Assembly (NCBI GenBank): GCA_964644695.1
Contig: CAZXWN010000004.1
Coordinates: forward strand, 1-64,000
Source of the DNA: an uncultured bacterium
GTDB taxonomy: Bacteria; UBP4; UBA4092
Direction: 5' to 3'
Length of the DNA stretch: 64,000 nt
Translations under genes and position numbers: made by a program
The notes under the pieces: generated by a model
The model's input: only the letters and a program-made list of their open reading frames with translations
Told to the model about the DNA's origin: nothing
The model's database searches: none
In this document: positions 1 to 8,221 of the stretch, in pieces
Layout: each line of letters starts with the position of its first letter
Position numbering within the stretch: position 1 is the stretch's first letter

Positions 1-40
1 TTTTATCTATACAAACGGGAAGAATCTGATATAGAATACT

Positions 41-61
41 TGTATGCAGAATACATATAAT
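41..61 (+). promoter_or_regulatory. Putative -10 box with adjacent inverted repeat (candidate MarR operator)
   Basis: TGTAT-gcaga-ATACA at 41-55 abuts TATAAT at 56-61; SD AGGAG at 72-76 precedes ATG 85. No clear -35. Confidence 0.4.
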
Positions 62-84
62 TATCAAAAACAGGAGATATAGGG

Positions 85-1830
85 ATGAAAGAAAGAGGGA
101 AAGAATTACGAGATTTATTGAGGTCGTTAGTGAAGGACCTCGGGTTATTACAAAAGGAAAAATATGCCTGCTGTGGAATGACCCTGGCACAGTGTCATTG
201 TCTGATTGAGACAGGATATATAAAGAAGGCGACCGTCAATGAATTGGCGGAGACATTAAAACTGGACCAGAGCACAGTCAGCAGAATGATTGAAGGTCTT
301 GTCAAAGAAGGATTGATAAATCGAACTCCGGGCGAAGAGGATCGACGAAAGATTGAAATTCAGTTAAGTCCAAGAGGCAAGACGAGTTTTAACAAGATAG
401 AACTCATGATGAAGAAATATTATGAGGAAGTTTTGGAGAGGATTCCGGAAGATAAAGCAGACCAGGTGATCGAAAGTTTACAGTTACTTTTGGATGCCAT
501 CCAAAACAATGAAACAAGTTGCTGTGGAATCCCCAACAAACCAGGGCAAATCAACAAAACAGACGATACCAAAAGGAGCGCAAACATGGAAGACATTCGT
601 GAATACATTAAAGATAAATACTCCATCGCACTGAAAAATAAGACAAGCTGTGGATGCGGTTCTCCACTCCCGGTTTCCCTATCGGGCAAAAAGACCCCAT
701 CAACAGGGTGTTGCAGCAGTAAAACCACCACAGAGTCCTCCGACATTCCCTCTTTCGGATGTGGATTCCCCGTGGAAACGGCCAAGGTCATACCTGGAAG
801 CAGGATACTGGATTTAGGATGTGGAGCAGGCGGCGATTTAATCAGAGCCTCCAGAAAAACCGGACCTACCGGGAAAGTCTATGGGTTGGATATGACAGAT
901 AGCATGTTAGAGGCAGCCCGGAAGAATATTGCGGCGGCAGGCCTGACTAATATCGAATTACTGAAGGGATACATTGAAGATATTCCCATGAATGATGAAA
1001 TGGTAGATTTAGTCATTTCAAACTGTGTTATCAATCTTTCCCCCGATAAAGGAAAAGTTCTTAAAGAAACTTTTAGAGTACTCCGTCACGGAGGCGAGTT
1101 TAATGTAGCAGACACTATCTTACTCAAACCCCTTCCGGAGAAATTGCAAAAGAATCTGGATGCATGGTCGGGATGTGCCTCAGGTGCGTTGAGTATGGAT
1201 GAATATAAAACTCTGCTAGAAAAAGCCGGATTTACTGATATCCACTTTGATGAGATACACCCTCTGACATTGGATGCGGAAACAGGTCAAGTCTTATTCT
1301 CCGGGGTTACGGATGAAGAATTAGCCCTGCTGGATAAGGCATTGGCCAGTACGATTGTAAGGGCACATAAGGCCGCATTACCTCCTCTGAAGGAAGGTAT
1401 TGATTTCACTCTCAGGACAGGAGTCACAGCTGATTTTGACAGAATCAATCAACTGCTCAAAGAAACAGGATTACCCCTGTTGAAACAGACCACTGATTTA
1501 TCTGATTTTCTTTTAGCAGAAAAGGATTCAAAGCTGGTAGGTGTCATTGGATATTTGATTCAAGGACATTCTGCCATATTAAGATCAATGGCGGTTCAAT
1601 GGGAATTCAGAAATAGAGGAATCGGCCAGACCCTTACCAACAGAGCCATAGAAACATTAGAAAAAAATCAGATAGAGAATATCTATATATTGACGGTTAC
1701 GGCCTCCCAATATGCCGAAAAAGCAGGCTTTACTAAAATCAACCGGGAAGATATACCCGTAGAATTATTACAGGATTCAGGATTGGGGAAAGAGTGTCCA
1801 TCTTCCTGTGTCTGTATGAGATATCAATAA
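85..1830 (+). CDS. arsM: Fusion: MarR-family regulator + arsenite methyltransferase ArsM + GNAT (ArsN2-like) acetyltransferase
   Basis: aa1-148 MarR wHTH (LDQSTVSRMIEGL, EDRRKIEIQLS) with CC pairs; aa168-430 ArsM (SFGCG, LDLGCGAGGD, ISNCVINL, WSGCASGAL); C-terminal GNAT (LRSMAV, RNRGIG, IYILT, CPSSCVCM). Confidence 0.88.
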   Translation: MKERGKELRDLLRSLVKDLGLLQKEKYACCGMTLAQCHCLIETGYIKKATVNELAETLKLDQSTVSRMIEGLVKEGLINRTPGEEDRRKIEIQLSPRGKTSFNKIELMMKKYYEEVLERIPEDKADQVIESLQLLLDAIQNNETSCCGIPNKPGQINKTDDTKRSANMEDIREYIKDKYSIALKNKTSCGCGSPLPVSLSGKKTPSTGCCSSKTTTESSDIPSFGCGFPVETAKVIPGSRILDLGCGAGGDLIRASRKTGPTGKVYGLDMTDSMLEAARKNIAAAGLTNIELLKGYIEDIPMNDEMVDLVISNCVINLSPDKGKVLKETFRVLRHGGEFNVADTILLKPLPEKLQKNLDAWSGCASGALSMDEYKTLLEKAGFTDIHFDEIHPLTLDAETGQVLFSGVTDEELALLDKALASTIVRAHKAALPPLKEGIDFTLRTGVTADFDRINQLLKETGLPLLKQTTDLSDFLLAEKDSKLVGVIGYLIQGHSAILRSMAVQWEFRNRGIGQTLTNRAIETLEKNQIENIYILTVTASQYAEKAGFTKINREDIPVELLQDSGLGKECPSSCVCMRYQ

Positions 1831-1858
1831 ACCCAATCAATTCTTTCATATCCAATCA

Positions 1859-1890
1859 AGAGCCGGGTCCCCTCCCCGGCTCTATTTATT
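1859..1890 (+). terminator. Intrinsic terminator-like hairpin
   Basis: AGAGCCGGG-tcccctc-CCCGGCTCT followed by ATTTATT, between convergent genes. Confidence 0.6.
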
Positions 1891-1972
1891 TCTGATACAA
1901 ATACTATATTTTCACCAAAGGACAAAAAACACTAAATATTGGAGTCTGGTGAATAACCACGCTTTTCTTCTT

Positions 1973-3736
1973 TCATGAAAACACCTTCACCTTATGCAAT
2001 CCTCGAACAGAATTCATCAGATAAATGGAGGGGCTGTTAAGCGCCTCGGTGAGTGTGATTTCTTTTTCGAAGATACGATGAGTTTCCAATAGATGAGCCC
2101 GACAAGTCCCCGGTAACAGTCCACAGTGAACGGGAGGGGTATATAAGACATTCTCGATTTCGACAACGATATTCGCTCTCGTGGACTCCGTTACCAGTCC
2201 ATCCTGATTGTATAAGAGTAAATCCGGGTAATCGGGTGATTGTGCCAACAATTCCTGATAGACCTGCCGATGCGTAGTCTTGTGGTAAAGGAAGGGATGA
2301 TGTTTATCAATGGGATGTTTGGCGACACCCATATCCGGATAACACATCTCGTCTGGATGAAGAGGTGATGAGGTTATCTCAATATTCCCTCTCCGGTTAA
2401 GCAATAACCGGACTTTATGGAATGAATCAGGGAGACTCCTGCCATATTTTTCCAACTGGAAAACAATTTCCTCGAAATTAACAGGGTATTGGAAATATTC
2501 AGCGGATTCTTTAAGCCGTTTCAAATGCTGCGGAAGAAGATAATATCCCGTTTCAGGGTTCCAAAGGAGAGATTCCAAGAGAGAAAACTCAGGCATTTTA
2601 TGAAAGAGTATTTTGGATTTTGTCTGACATTCCTCATGCTCACTGGTAATTTGTGAATCCCAGGTAATGCCGCCCCCGACCCCATATTCCACGGTCCCCT
2701 TTTGTTTATCTACCAGAAGCGTTCGAATGGCCACATTAAATTGAGCCTTACGACCGGGAGCCAGGTACCCGATGGTCCCGGTATAAATCCTTCGGGGTGA
2801 AGATTCGAGTTCCCGGATAATCTCCATGGTCCGCACCTTGGGAGCACCTGTAATGGAGGCCGCGGGAAATAAGGCCATCAAAATGTCCGTCAATGATTGG
2901 GAAGTCTTTCCCTGAACAGTCGAAGTCATTTGCCAGAGGGTGGGATATTTTTCAATCTTAAATAGTTCAGACACCGTAACAGAGCCGGTATCAGCGACTC
3001 GTCCAATGTCATTTCTGACCATATCCACGATCATGACATTTTCAGCCTGATTTTTAGATGACTGTCGAAGCCACTCACTTTGCTCAATATCCTGAGAATA
3101 CCAAAGTCCCCGGTCAACGGTTCCTTTCATCGGCCGGGATTCCAAAAGGTCATTATCTAAACGGAAAAACAACTCCGGCGATGCACTGCAAATACACCAG
3201 TCTTTTATGTTGATATATGCTGCATAATGAGGATATAGAGGATGGCAAACATTCTGAAATAATTCCCAGGTATCCCCCGTAAATCCTGCCCTCAATCGAT
3301 ACGAGTAATTAACTTGATAGGTATCCCCCTGCCCGATATATTCTTTAATCCGATTCAGACAGTCAGTGTATTCCTGCTTTTCCACTGAGGTTTTCCAGTT
3401 CAAGGGGGTATCCTGATTTACAGGAATGTCTGAGATATCCATAATTTCTGGTTTTGGATATAAACCAAACCAGAGAAGAGGAAACCCATCATTTTCGAAA
3501 GTTTTCAATGACTCATCAAAAGCCGCGGATGCCTCATAAGAAATGAAGCCTGCGGCATATAAGCCTTTTTTTTCTACGGCAGCCTCAACCTGACTTAAAA
3601 CAGAGGGCACTTCATCGATTCGAGTGGCACTAAAATACTCCACAGCATGGTTAAAACATAAAAATTGCCCCGATTGTCCATCCCGAATAACCACTTCAGA
3701 GGGAATATATTTATTTTTTGAATTAATATTCTTCAT
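1973..3736 (-). CDS. pabB: Aminodeoxychorismate synthase component I fused to class IV aminotransferase/ADC lyase (PabB-PabC)
   Basis: GDTYQVN, SPELFF, RPMKGT, ENVMIVDMVRND, SITGAPK, FNVAIRT, YGVGGGI; C-terminal HKTT and GLLPGT of the PabC fold. Confidence 0.92.
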   Translation of the reverse strand: MKNINSKNKYIPSEVVIRDGQSGQFLCFNHAVEYFSATRIDEVPSVLSQVEAAVEKKGLYAAGFISYEASAAFDESLKTFENDGFPLLWFGLYPKPEIMDISDIPVNQDTPLNWKTSVEKQEYTDCLNRIKEYIGQGDTYQVNYSYRLRAGFTGDTWELFQNVCHPLYPHYAAYINIKDWCICSASPELFFRLDNDLLESRPMKGTVDRGLWYSQDIEQSEWLRQSSKNQAENVMIVDMVRNDIGRVADTGSVTVSELFKIEKYPTLWQMTSTVQGKTSQSLTDILMALFPAASITGAPKVRTMEIIRELESSPRRIYTGTIGYLAPGRKAQFNVAIRTLLVDKQKGTVEYGVGGGITWDSQITSEHEECQTKSKILFHKMPEFSLLESLLWNPETGYYLLPQHLKRLKESAEYFQYPVNFEEIVFQLEKYGRSLPDSFHKVRLLLNRRGNIEITSSPLHPDEMCYPDMGVAKHPIDKHHPFLYHKTTHRQVYQELLAQSPDYPDLLLYNQDGLVTESTRANIVVEIENVLYTPPVHCGLLPGTCRAHLLETHRIFEKEITLTEALNSPSIYLMNSVRGLHKVKVFS

Positions 3737-3986
3737 CAGAGGGTAATTCCTTAATTATTGTTGTGGCACTTAAAATTCCCAGTTTATATTCCATTATATT
3801 TCCAGAACATACCTTCTAAACAAAGTATTAAAAATATTCCAGGAATAGACCCCTTCCAAAGAGTCCTGAGAATATAGGCGTTTAGAGACCATACACCTGT
3901 TGCAAATATGACCTAATTCATTTATTATCAATAAGAAACAAGATATTTATTCGGCCGTCCCGTCATAGGAGACGACCTGTTTTACC

Positions 3987-4015
3987 TTGACAAAAATGTC
4001 AATCTCTTCTAAAAT
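3987..4015 (+). promoter_or_regulatory. Sigma70-type promoter for tRNA-Gln/prs operon
   Basis: TTGACA (3987-3992)-17 nt-TAAAAT (4010-4015), 28 nt before the tRNA. Confidence 0.8.
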
Positions 4016-4043
4016 TTATCTTCTGTAATGTTAACGGGATAAC

Positions 4044-4118
4044 TGCCCCGTAGTGTAACTGGTAGCACAGCAGCCTTTGGAGTTGCGTGACAAGGTTCGA
4101 ATCCTTGCGGGGCAGCCA
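4044..4118 (+). tRNA. tRNA-Gln(UUG)
   Basis: Cloverleaf: TGCCCCG/CGGGGCA acceptor, GTGT/GCAC D stem, GCAGC-CTTTGGA-GTTGC anticodon arm, CAAGG-TTCGAAT-CCTTG T arm, encoded CCA; usual position upstream of prs. Confidence 0.96.
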
Positions 4119-4170
4119 TTATTTTGAAAATTCCCAGTCCTTCAAAACACCCAAAAAATCAGGAGTCATC

Positions 4171-5109
4171 GTGTTAAACGACCTCAAAATTTTTGGCGGC
4201 AGCGCCAACCCAGGCCTGGTAAAAGAAATATGCCAGGCGCTGAATGTCCCTCAGGGACAAATAGAAATAAAAAAGTTTCCTGACACCGAGATTTTCGTCA
4301 AAATCAACGAAAATGTCCGGGGTTCAGAAGTTTTTGTCATTCAACCGACTGCACCTCCGGTGAGTGAAAATGTTGTGGAATTACTGTTGATGATTGATGC
4401 GTTGCGGAGAGCTTCCGCCCACACCGTCACTGCCGTTCTTCCTTATTATGGTTATGCCCGGCAAGACCGTAAGGACCAGCCCCGTGTCGCCATATCCTCA
4501 AAATTGATTGCCAACCTTATTACAACCGCCGGTGCTGACCGGGTCGTTACTGTGGACCTGCACGCCGGACAGATTCAGGGATTCTTTGATATTCCGACAG
4601 ACAACCTGTTCGCAGACAAACTGTTAACAGATTATTGGATCAATCTGAATCTGGAAGATGTTATGGTTGTTTCTCCAGACATCGGAAGTGTCAAACGGGC
4701 CCGTTCTATCGCTCGCCGGTTGAATGCCAACCTGGCTATCGTTGATAAACGCCGCCCCGCCCAGAGTGTTGCAGAAGTTATGAATATTATTGGTGATGTC
4801 AGTGGAAAGAACCTGATTATTGCCGATGATATGGTTGATACTGCGGGCACACTGTGCGAAGCTATTAAAGCATTGAAAAATGCTGGTGCCAAAGATATTT
4901 ATTGCGGCTGTACTCATGCCGTATTAAGTGGTCCTGCTATCAGCCGTATCATGGAATCTCCCATGAAGGAACTGGTCGTGACCAATACGATTGCGTTGGA
5001 CGAATCTAAGATGTGTCCGAAAATCAAAGTCCTGTCCATCGCAGAATTGCTGGCCGAAGCCATCAACCGGATTTACCGGTGCACTTCAGTCAGTACCCTT
5101 TTTACTTAG
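4171..5109 (+). CDS. prs: Ribose-phosphate pyrophosphokinase
   Basis: PYYGYARQDRK, VDLHAGQIQGFF, DDMVDTAGT. Start moved to GTG 4171 (SD AGGAG 4161-4165); the track start 4087 lies inside the tRNA. Confidence 0.97.
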   Translation: MLNDLKIFGGSANPGLVKEICQALNVPQGQIEIKKFPDTEIFVKINENVRGSEVFVIQPTAPPVSENVVELLLMIDALRRASAHTVTAVLPYYGYARQDRKDQPRVAISSKLIANLITTAGADRVVTVDLHAGQIQGFFDIPTDNLFADKLLTDYWINLNLEDVMVVSPDIGSVKRARSIARRLNANLAIVDKRRPAQSVAEVMNIIGDVSGKNLIIADDMVDTAGTLCEAIKALKNAGAKDIYCGCTHAVLSGPAISRIMESPMKELVVTNTIALDESKMCPKIKVLSIAELLAEAINRIYRCTSVSTLFT

Positions 5110-5117
5110 GCTCAAAG

Positions 5118-5137
5118 CGGTCCGTTTCCACGGACCG
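5118..5137 (+). promoter_or_regulatory. Hairpin in the prs-rplY spacer
   Basis: CGGTCCGT-ttcc-ACGGACCG, perfect 8-bp stem, no U-tract on the + strand. Confidence 0.4.
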
Positions 5138-5160
5138 AAATAAAGAAGGAGTGAGTCATA

Positions 5161-5829
5161 ATGCAACAAGTGTCGTTTAAAGCAAGCACTCGCGACAAAA
5201 TCACAAAGGGGGCTAACCGACAACTACGCATGATCGGTTATGTCCCGGCCGTAGTTTACGGCGGAGCGACCGAACCCCTCCCTATCAGCGTGAATGACCG
5301 GGAACTGCGAAAGGTGCTGCACTCCAGCGCCGGAAGCAACGTTCTCATCAGTCTGGATATCGAGGGTGGTACGTCTCCAACCAAGGAGAATGTCATCGTG
5401 AAGGATATTCAGAAAGACCCGGTCAAGGGCTCTTTCCTTCATATTGACTTTTACCGAATCTCCATGGACAAAACCCTGACTACCGAAGTACCCGTCGCAC
5501 TGGTCGGGAATTCCGAAGGCGTTAAAGCCGGTGGTATTCTCGAACATGGTCTTCGTCATGTCACGGTTGAATGTTTACCCATCAACATTCCTGATTCAAT
5601 TAAGGTTGATGTAACCAGCCTGCAGATGATGGACAACGTCCGTGTCAAAGACCTTAAGGTTGATGACACCGTCAAACTGTTGGATGATCCTGACATGATC
5701 GTCGTGTCTGTGGTCCCGCCAGCCAGTGAAGTGTCCGCAAATGCTGAAGCTGCACCCGCTGCTACAGAACCTGAAGTAATTGAAAAGGGTAAGAAACCCG
5801 TCGAGGAAGCCGCTGAGGAAAAGAAATAA
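5161..5829 (+). CDS. rplY: 50S ribosomal protein L25 (long CTC/TL5 type)
   Basis: VPAVVYG, HIDFY, EGVKAGG, EPEVIEKGKK; prs-rplY-pth synteny. Confidence 0.96.
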   Translation: MQQVSFKASTRDKITKGANRQLRMIGYVPAVVYGGATEPLPISVNDRELRKVLHSSAGSNVLISLDIEGGTSPTKENVIVKDIQKDPVKGSFLHIDFYRISMDKTLTTEVPVALVGNSEGVKAGGILEHGLRHVTVECLPINIPDSIKVDVTSLQMMDNVRVKDLKVDDTVKLLDDPDMIVVSVVPPASEVSANAEAAPAATEPEVIEKGKKPVEEAAEEKK

Positions 5830-5865
5830 CTCGATTCCTCCGGTTGTTATAAAGGCTCTTTAACA

Positions 5866-6459
5866 ATGAAATTAATCGTCGGGCTGGGTAATCCTGGTCG
5901 CCAATACGAACAAACCCGTCATAATGTCGGATTCATGGTATTGGATGAACTGGCATCCCGGCTCAACATTCCCTGCACGAAAGCCGATTGGCATGCTGTG
6001 TATGGGAAAGGCGCTTCCGGTCGTGAAGAGGTCGTACTGGCCAAACCACTGACCTACATGAATCGCAGCGGAGAATCGGTATCTCCCATGCTGCAATGGT
6101 TCAAGATTCAACCGGAAGACCTCATTGTGGTGTGTGATGACATCCATCTGCCCATTGGCCAGCTGCGAATTCGTCAGCGAGGGTCAGATGGAGGCCATAA
6201 CGGCCTAAAATCTGTCATCCACCAAACCGGCTCGGACCTGTTTGCCAGGGTCCGGTTGGGAGTAGGTTCACCTCCTCCGGGATTCGACCAGGCCGATTAT
6301 GTGCTGAGTCGTTTCTCCAAGGAAGAACGTGAATCACTGGAACTGATGGTGAAAGAAGCGGCGGATGCCGTGGAACTTATCCTGAGCCAGGGTCTTCCAA
6401 CCACCATGAATCGGTACAACCAAAGAAAGAATAATAATACAGGAGAAAAAAGCCTATGA
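5866..6459 (+). CDS. pth: Peptidyl-tRNA hydrolase
   Basis: LIVGLGNPG, TRHNVGF, KPLTYMNRSG, GGHNGLKS. Confidence 0.97.
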   Translation: MKLIVGLGNPGRQYEQTRHNVGFMVLDELASRLNIPCTKADWHAVYGKGASGREEVVLAKPLTYMNRSGESVSPMLQWFKIQPEDLIVVCDDIHLPIGQLRIRQRGSDGGHNGLKSVIHQTGSDLFARVRLGVGSPPPGFDQADYVLSRFSKEERESLELMVKEAADAVELILSQGLPTTMNRYNQRKNNNTGEKSL

Positions 6460-6854
6460 AACGCAACTACGAAACCATCGTCATCTATGACATGGGTTTG
6501 GATGAGGCGGCCCTCGAACAGAGAATCCAGAAAACCGAAAGCGTCATCAAAGCCAATGACGGTGAGATTACTAAACTGGAGAAGTGGGGCAAGAAAACCC
6601 TGGCTTACCTCATCAAGAAAAAACGGGATGGGTATTATGTGTTTTATGCTCATACCAGTGAACCAACTGTTGTTGAAGCCCTGCGGAATATATATTTCTT
6701 TGACGAAAGTGTTCTAAAGAACATGACCGTCGTTATTGAAGATATCCGCAAGAGCCGGTTCACTCCCAAAAAAGCCAAAGCTCCTAAACCGGTTGAAAAT
6801 CCGGCTCCCGTGGCCGCTGAACCTGAAGCCGCCCCGGAGGCCACCAAGGAGTAA
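6456..6854 (+). CDS. rpsF: 30S ribosomal protein S6 with Pro/Ala/Glu tail
   Basis: RNYETIVI, WGKKTLAYLIKK, GYY; ATGA overlap with pth. Confidence 0.95.
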   Translation: MKRNYETIVIYDMGLDEAALEQRIQKTESVIKANDGEITKLEKWGKKTLAYLIKKKRDGYYVFYAHTSEPTVVEALRNIYFFDESVLKNMTVVIEDIRKSRFTPKKAKAPKPVENPAPVAAEPEAAPEATKE

Positions 6855-6860
6855 TCTCCA

Positions 6861-7283
6861 ATGGCCAGTCTCAATCACATCACACTTACCGGTAATTTGA
6901 CACGCGATGCAGAAATGCGTGCGACACCGTCAGGTTCCATTGTTTTATTCTTTGATATTGCAGTAAATCGTCGATATAAAGATAAAACAGGAAATTTCCA
7001 AGAAGAAACTCTATTCATAAGAGTCAATTATTGGGGAACAAACCGACAGCTTGAACCCCTTCAACCCTTTTTAACAAAGGGAAGAGAAGTTTTTGTTGAT
7101 GGTTATCTCAAACAGCGTTCATGGGATACACCGGAAGGACAAAAACGGACCGTCATTGAAGTACAGGCTTTCAATTGTCATCCATTGGAAAAAGTGTACC
7201 GGTCCAGCGGAAACGCCGGTCCGGATCAGGGATATAATCCCCCTCCACCAATGGAAGAAACCAGTGATGATGTGCCCTTCTAA
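6861..7283 (+). CDS. ssb: Single-stranded DNA-binding protein
   Basis: LTGNLTRDAEMR, KGREVFVDGYL, C-terminal DDVPF. Confidence 0.96.
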   Translation: MASLNHITLTGNLTRDAEMRATPSGSIVLFFDIAVNRRYKDKTGNFQEETLFIRVNYWGTNRQLEPLQPFLTKGREVFVDGYLKQRSWDTPEGQKRTVIEVQAFNCHPLEKVYRSSGNAGPDQGYNPPPPMEETSDDVPF

Positions 7284-7320
7284 GAGACAGCCATAGGATT
7301 GAAGACGAAAGGATAATACC

Positions 7321-7653
7321 ATGGAAGAAAATAAAACTATAAATACCCCTGCGGCCCCGGCTGCAACCAGCTCTGCACCCAGTGCCTCACCACGGGATCA
7401 GCATGCCGCTCCCCGGCGTCCATCTTCTGGCCGTCCACAGCGGTTCGTCCGTCGGAAAGTTTGCCGATTCTGCATGGATCATGTAGACCGGATCGACTAT
7501 AAAGATATCTCCAAATTAAAACGGTTCGTGACTGAACGGGGTAAGATTATTCCCCGGCGGATTACCGGCACTTGTGCCCACCATCAGCGCCAACTGACTG
7601 AAGCCATCAAGAGGGCCCGGACCATCGCTCTGCTCCCCTTCACCACCGATTAA
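7321..7653 (+). CDS. rpsR: 30S ribosomal protein S18 (zinc-binding form, N-terminal low-complexity extension)
   Basis: [33 protein letters not shown]. Confidence 0.96.
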   Translation: MEENKTINTPAAPAATSSAPSASPRDQHAAPRRPSSGRPQRFVRRKVCRFCMDHVDRIDYKDISKLKRFVTERGKIIPRRITGTCAHHQRQLTEAIKRARTIALLPFTTD

Positions 7654-7677
7654 TCAGATACGAAAGGGTTAACAACC

Positions 7678-8127
7678 ATGAAAATCATACTTAAAGAAGA
7701 TATTGATAAACTCGGTAAATATGGCGAAATAGTGAATGTGGCCGATGGTTATGCCCGTAATTTCCTATTACCAAAAGGTTTGGCTTTAGAAGCCACTCCC
7801 CATGCCATGAATTTATTCGAAATGCAGGCTGCCAAACGCGCCAAAGTTGTGGCTGAACAAACTGCTGCTGCCCAGAAGGCTGCAGAAACTCTTCAGGGCC
7901 TGAAGGTCACCATTAAGGTTAAAGTAGGCGAAGAAAACAAACTGTACGGTTCAGTGACTGCTGCTGATATCGCCGCTGCAATCGCCAACCTTGGTCAAGA
8001 AATAGACCGGAGAAAGATTCAACTTGATGAACCCATCAAAGCGGTCGGTGAATATACCGTTTCCGTTAAACTGTATAGCGATGTAGTTGCTCAAATCCCG
8101 GTTTCCGTCGTCAAGGATGAAGATTAA
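7678..8127 (+). CDS. rplI: 50S ribosomal protein L9
   Basis: MKIILKEDI, VADGYARNFLLP, KLYGSVT. Confidence 0.97.
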   Translation: MKIILKEDIDKLGKYGEIVNVADGYARNFLLPKGLALEATPHAMNLFEMQAAKRAKVVAEQTAAAQKAAETLQGLKVTIKVKVGEENKLYGSVTAADIAAAIANLGQEIDRRKIQLDEPIKAVGEYTVSVKLYSDVVAQIPVSVVKDED

Positions 8128-8163
8128 TCACACAAAGAAACATACTTGACATAGACTCTATGG

Positions 8164-8197
8164 AAGGGGAAAATTGAAACAGATTTTCCCCTTTTTT
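8164..8197 (+). terminator. Intrinsic terminator after rplI
   Basis: AAGGGGAAAAT-tgaaacag-ATTTTCCCCTT followed by TTTT. Confidence 0.75.
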
Positions 8198-8221
8198 ATT
8201 TTATGAAGAAAGCATCAACTA

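Noticed and set aside
1973-3736. PabB-PabC fusion as a novelty
   Set aside because: Known, widespread architecture.
4087-4170. ORF-track N-terminal extension of prs
   Set aside because: Starts inside tRNA-Gln; a GTG with good SD at 4171 matches the normal Prs start.
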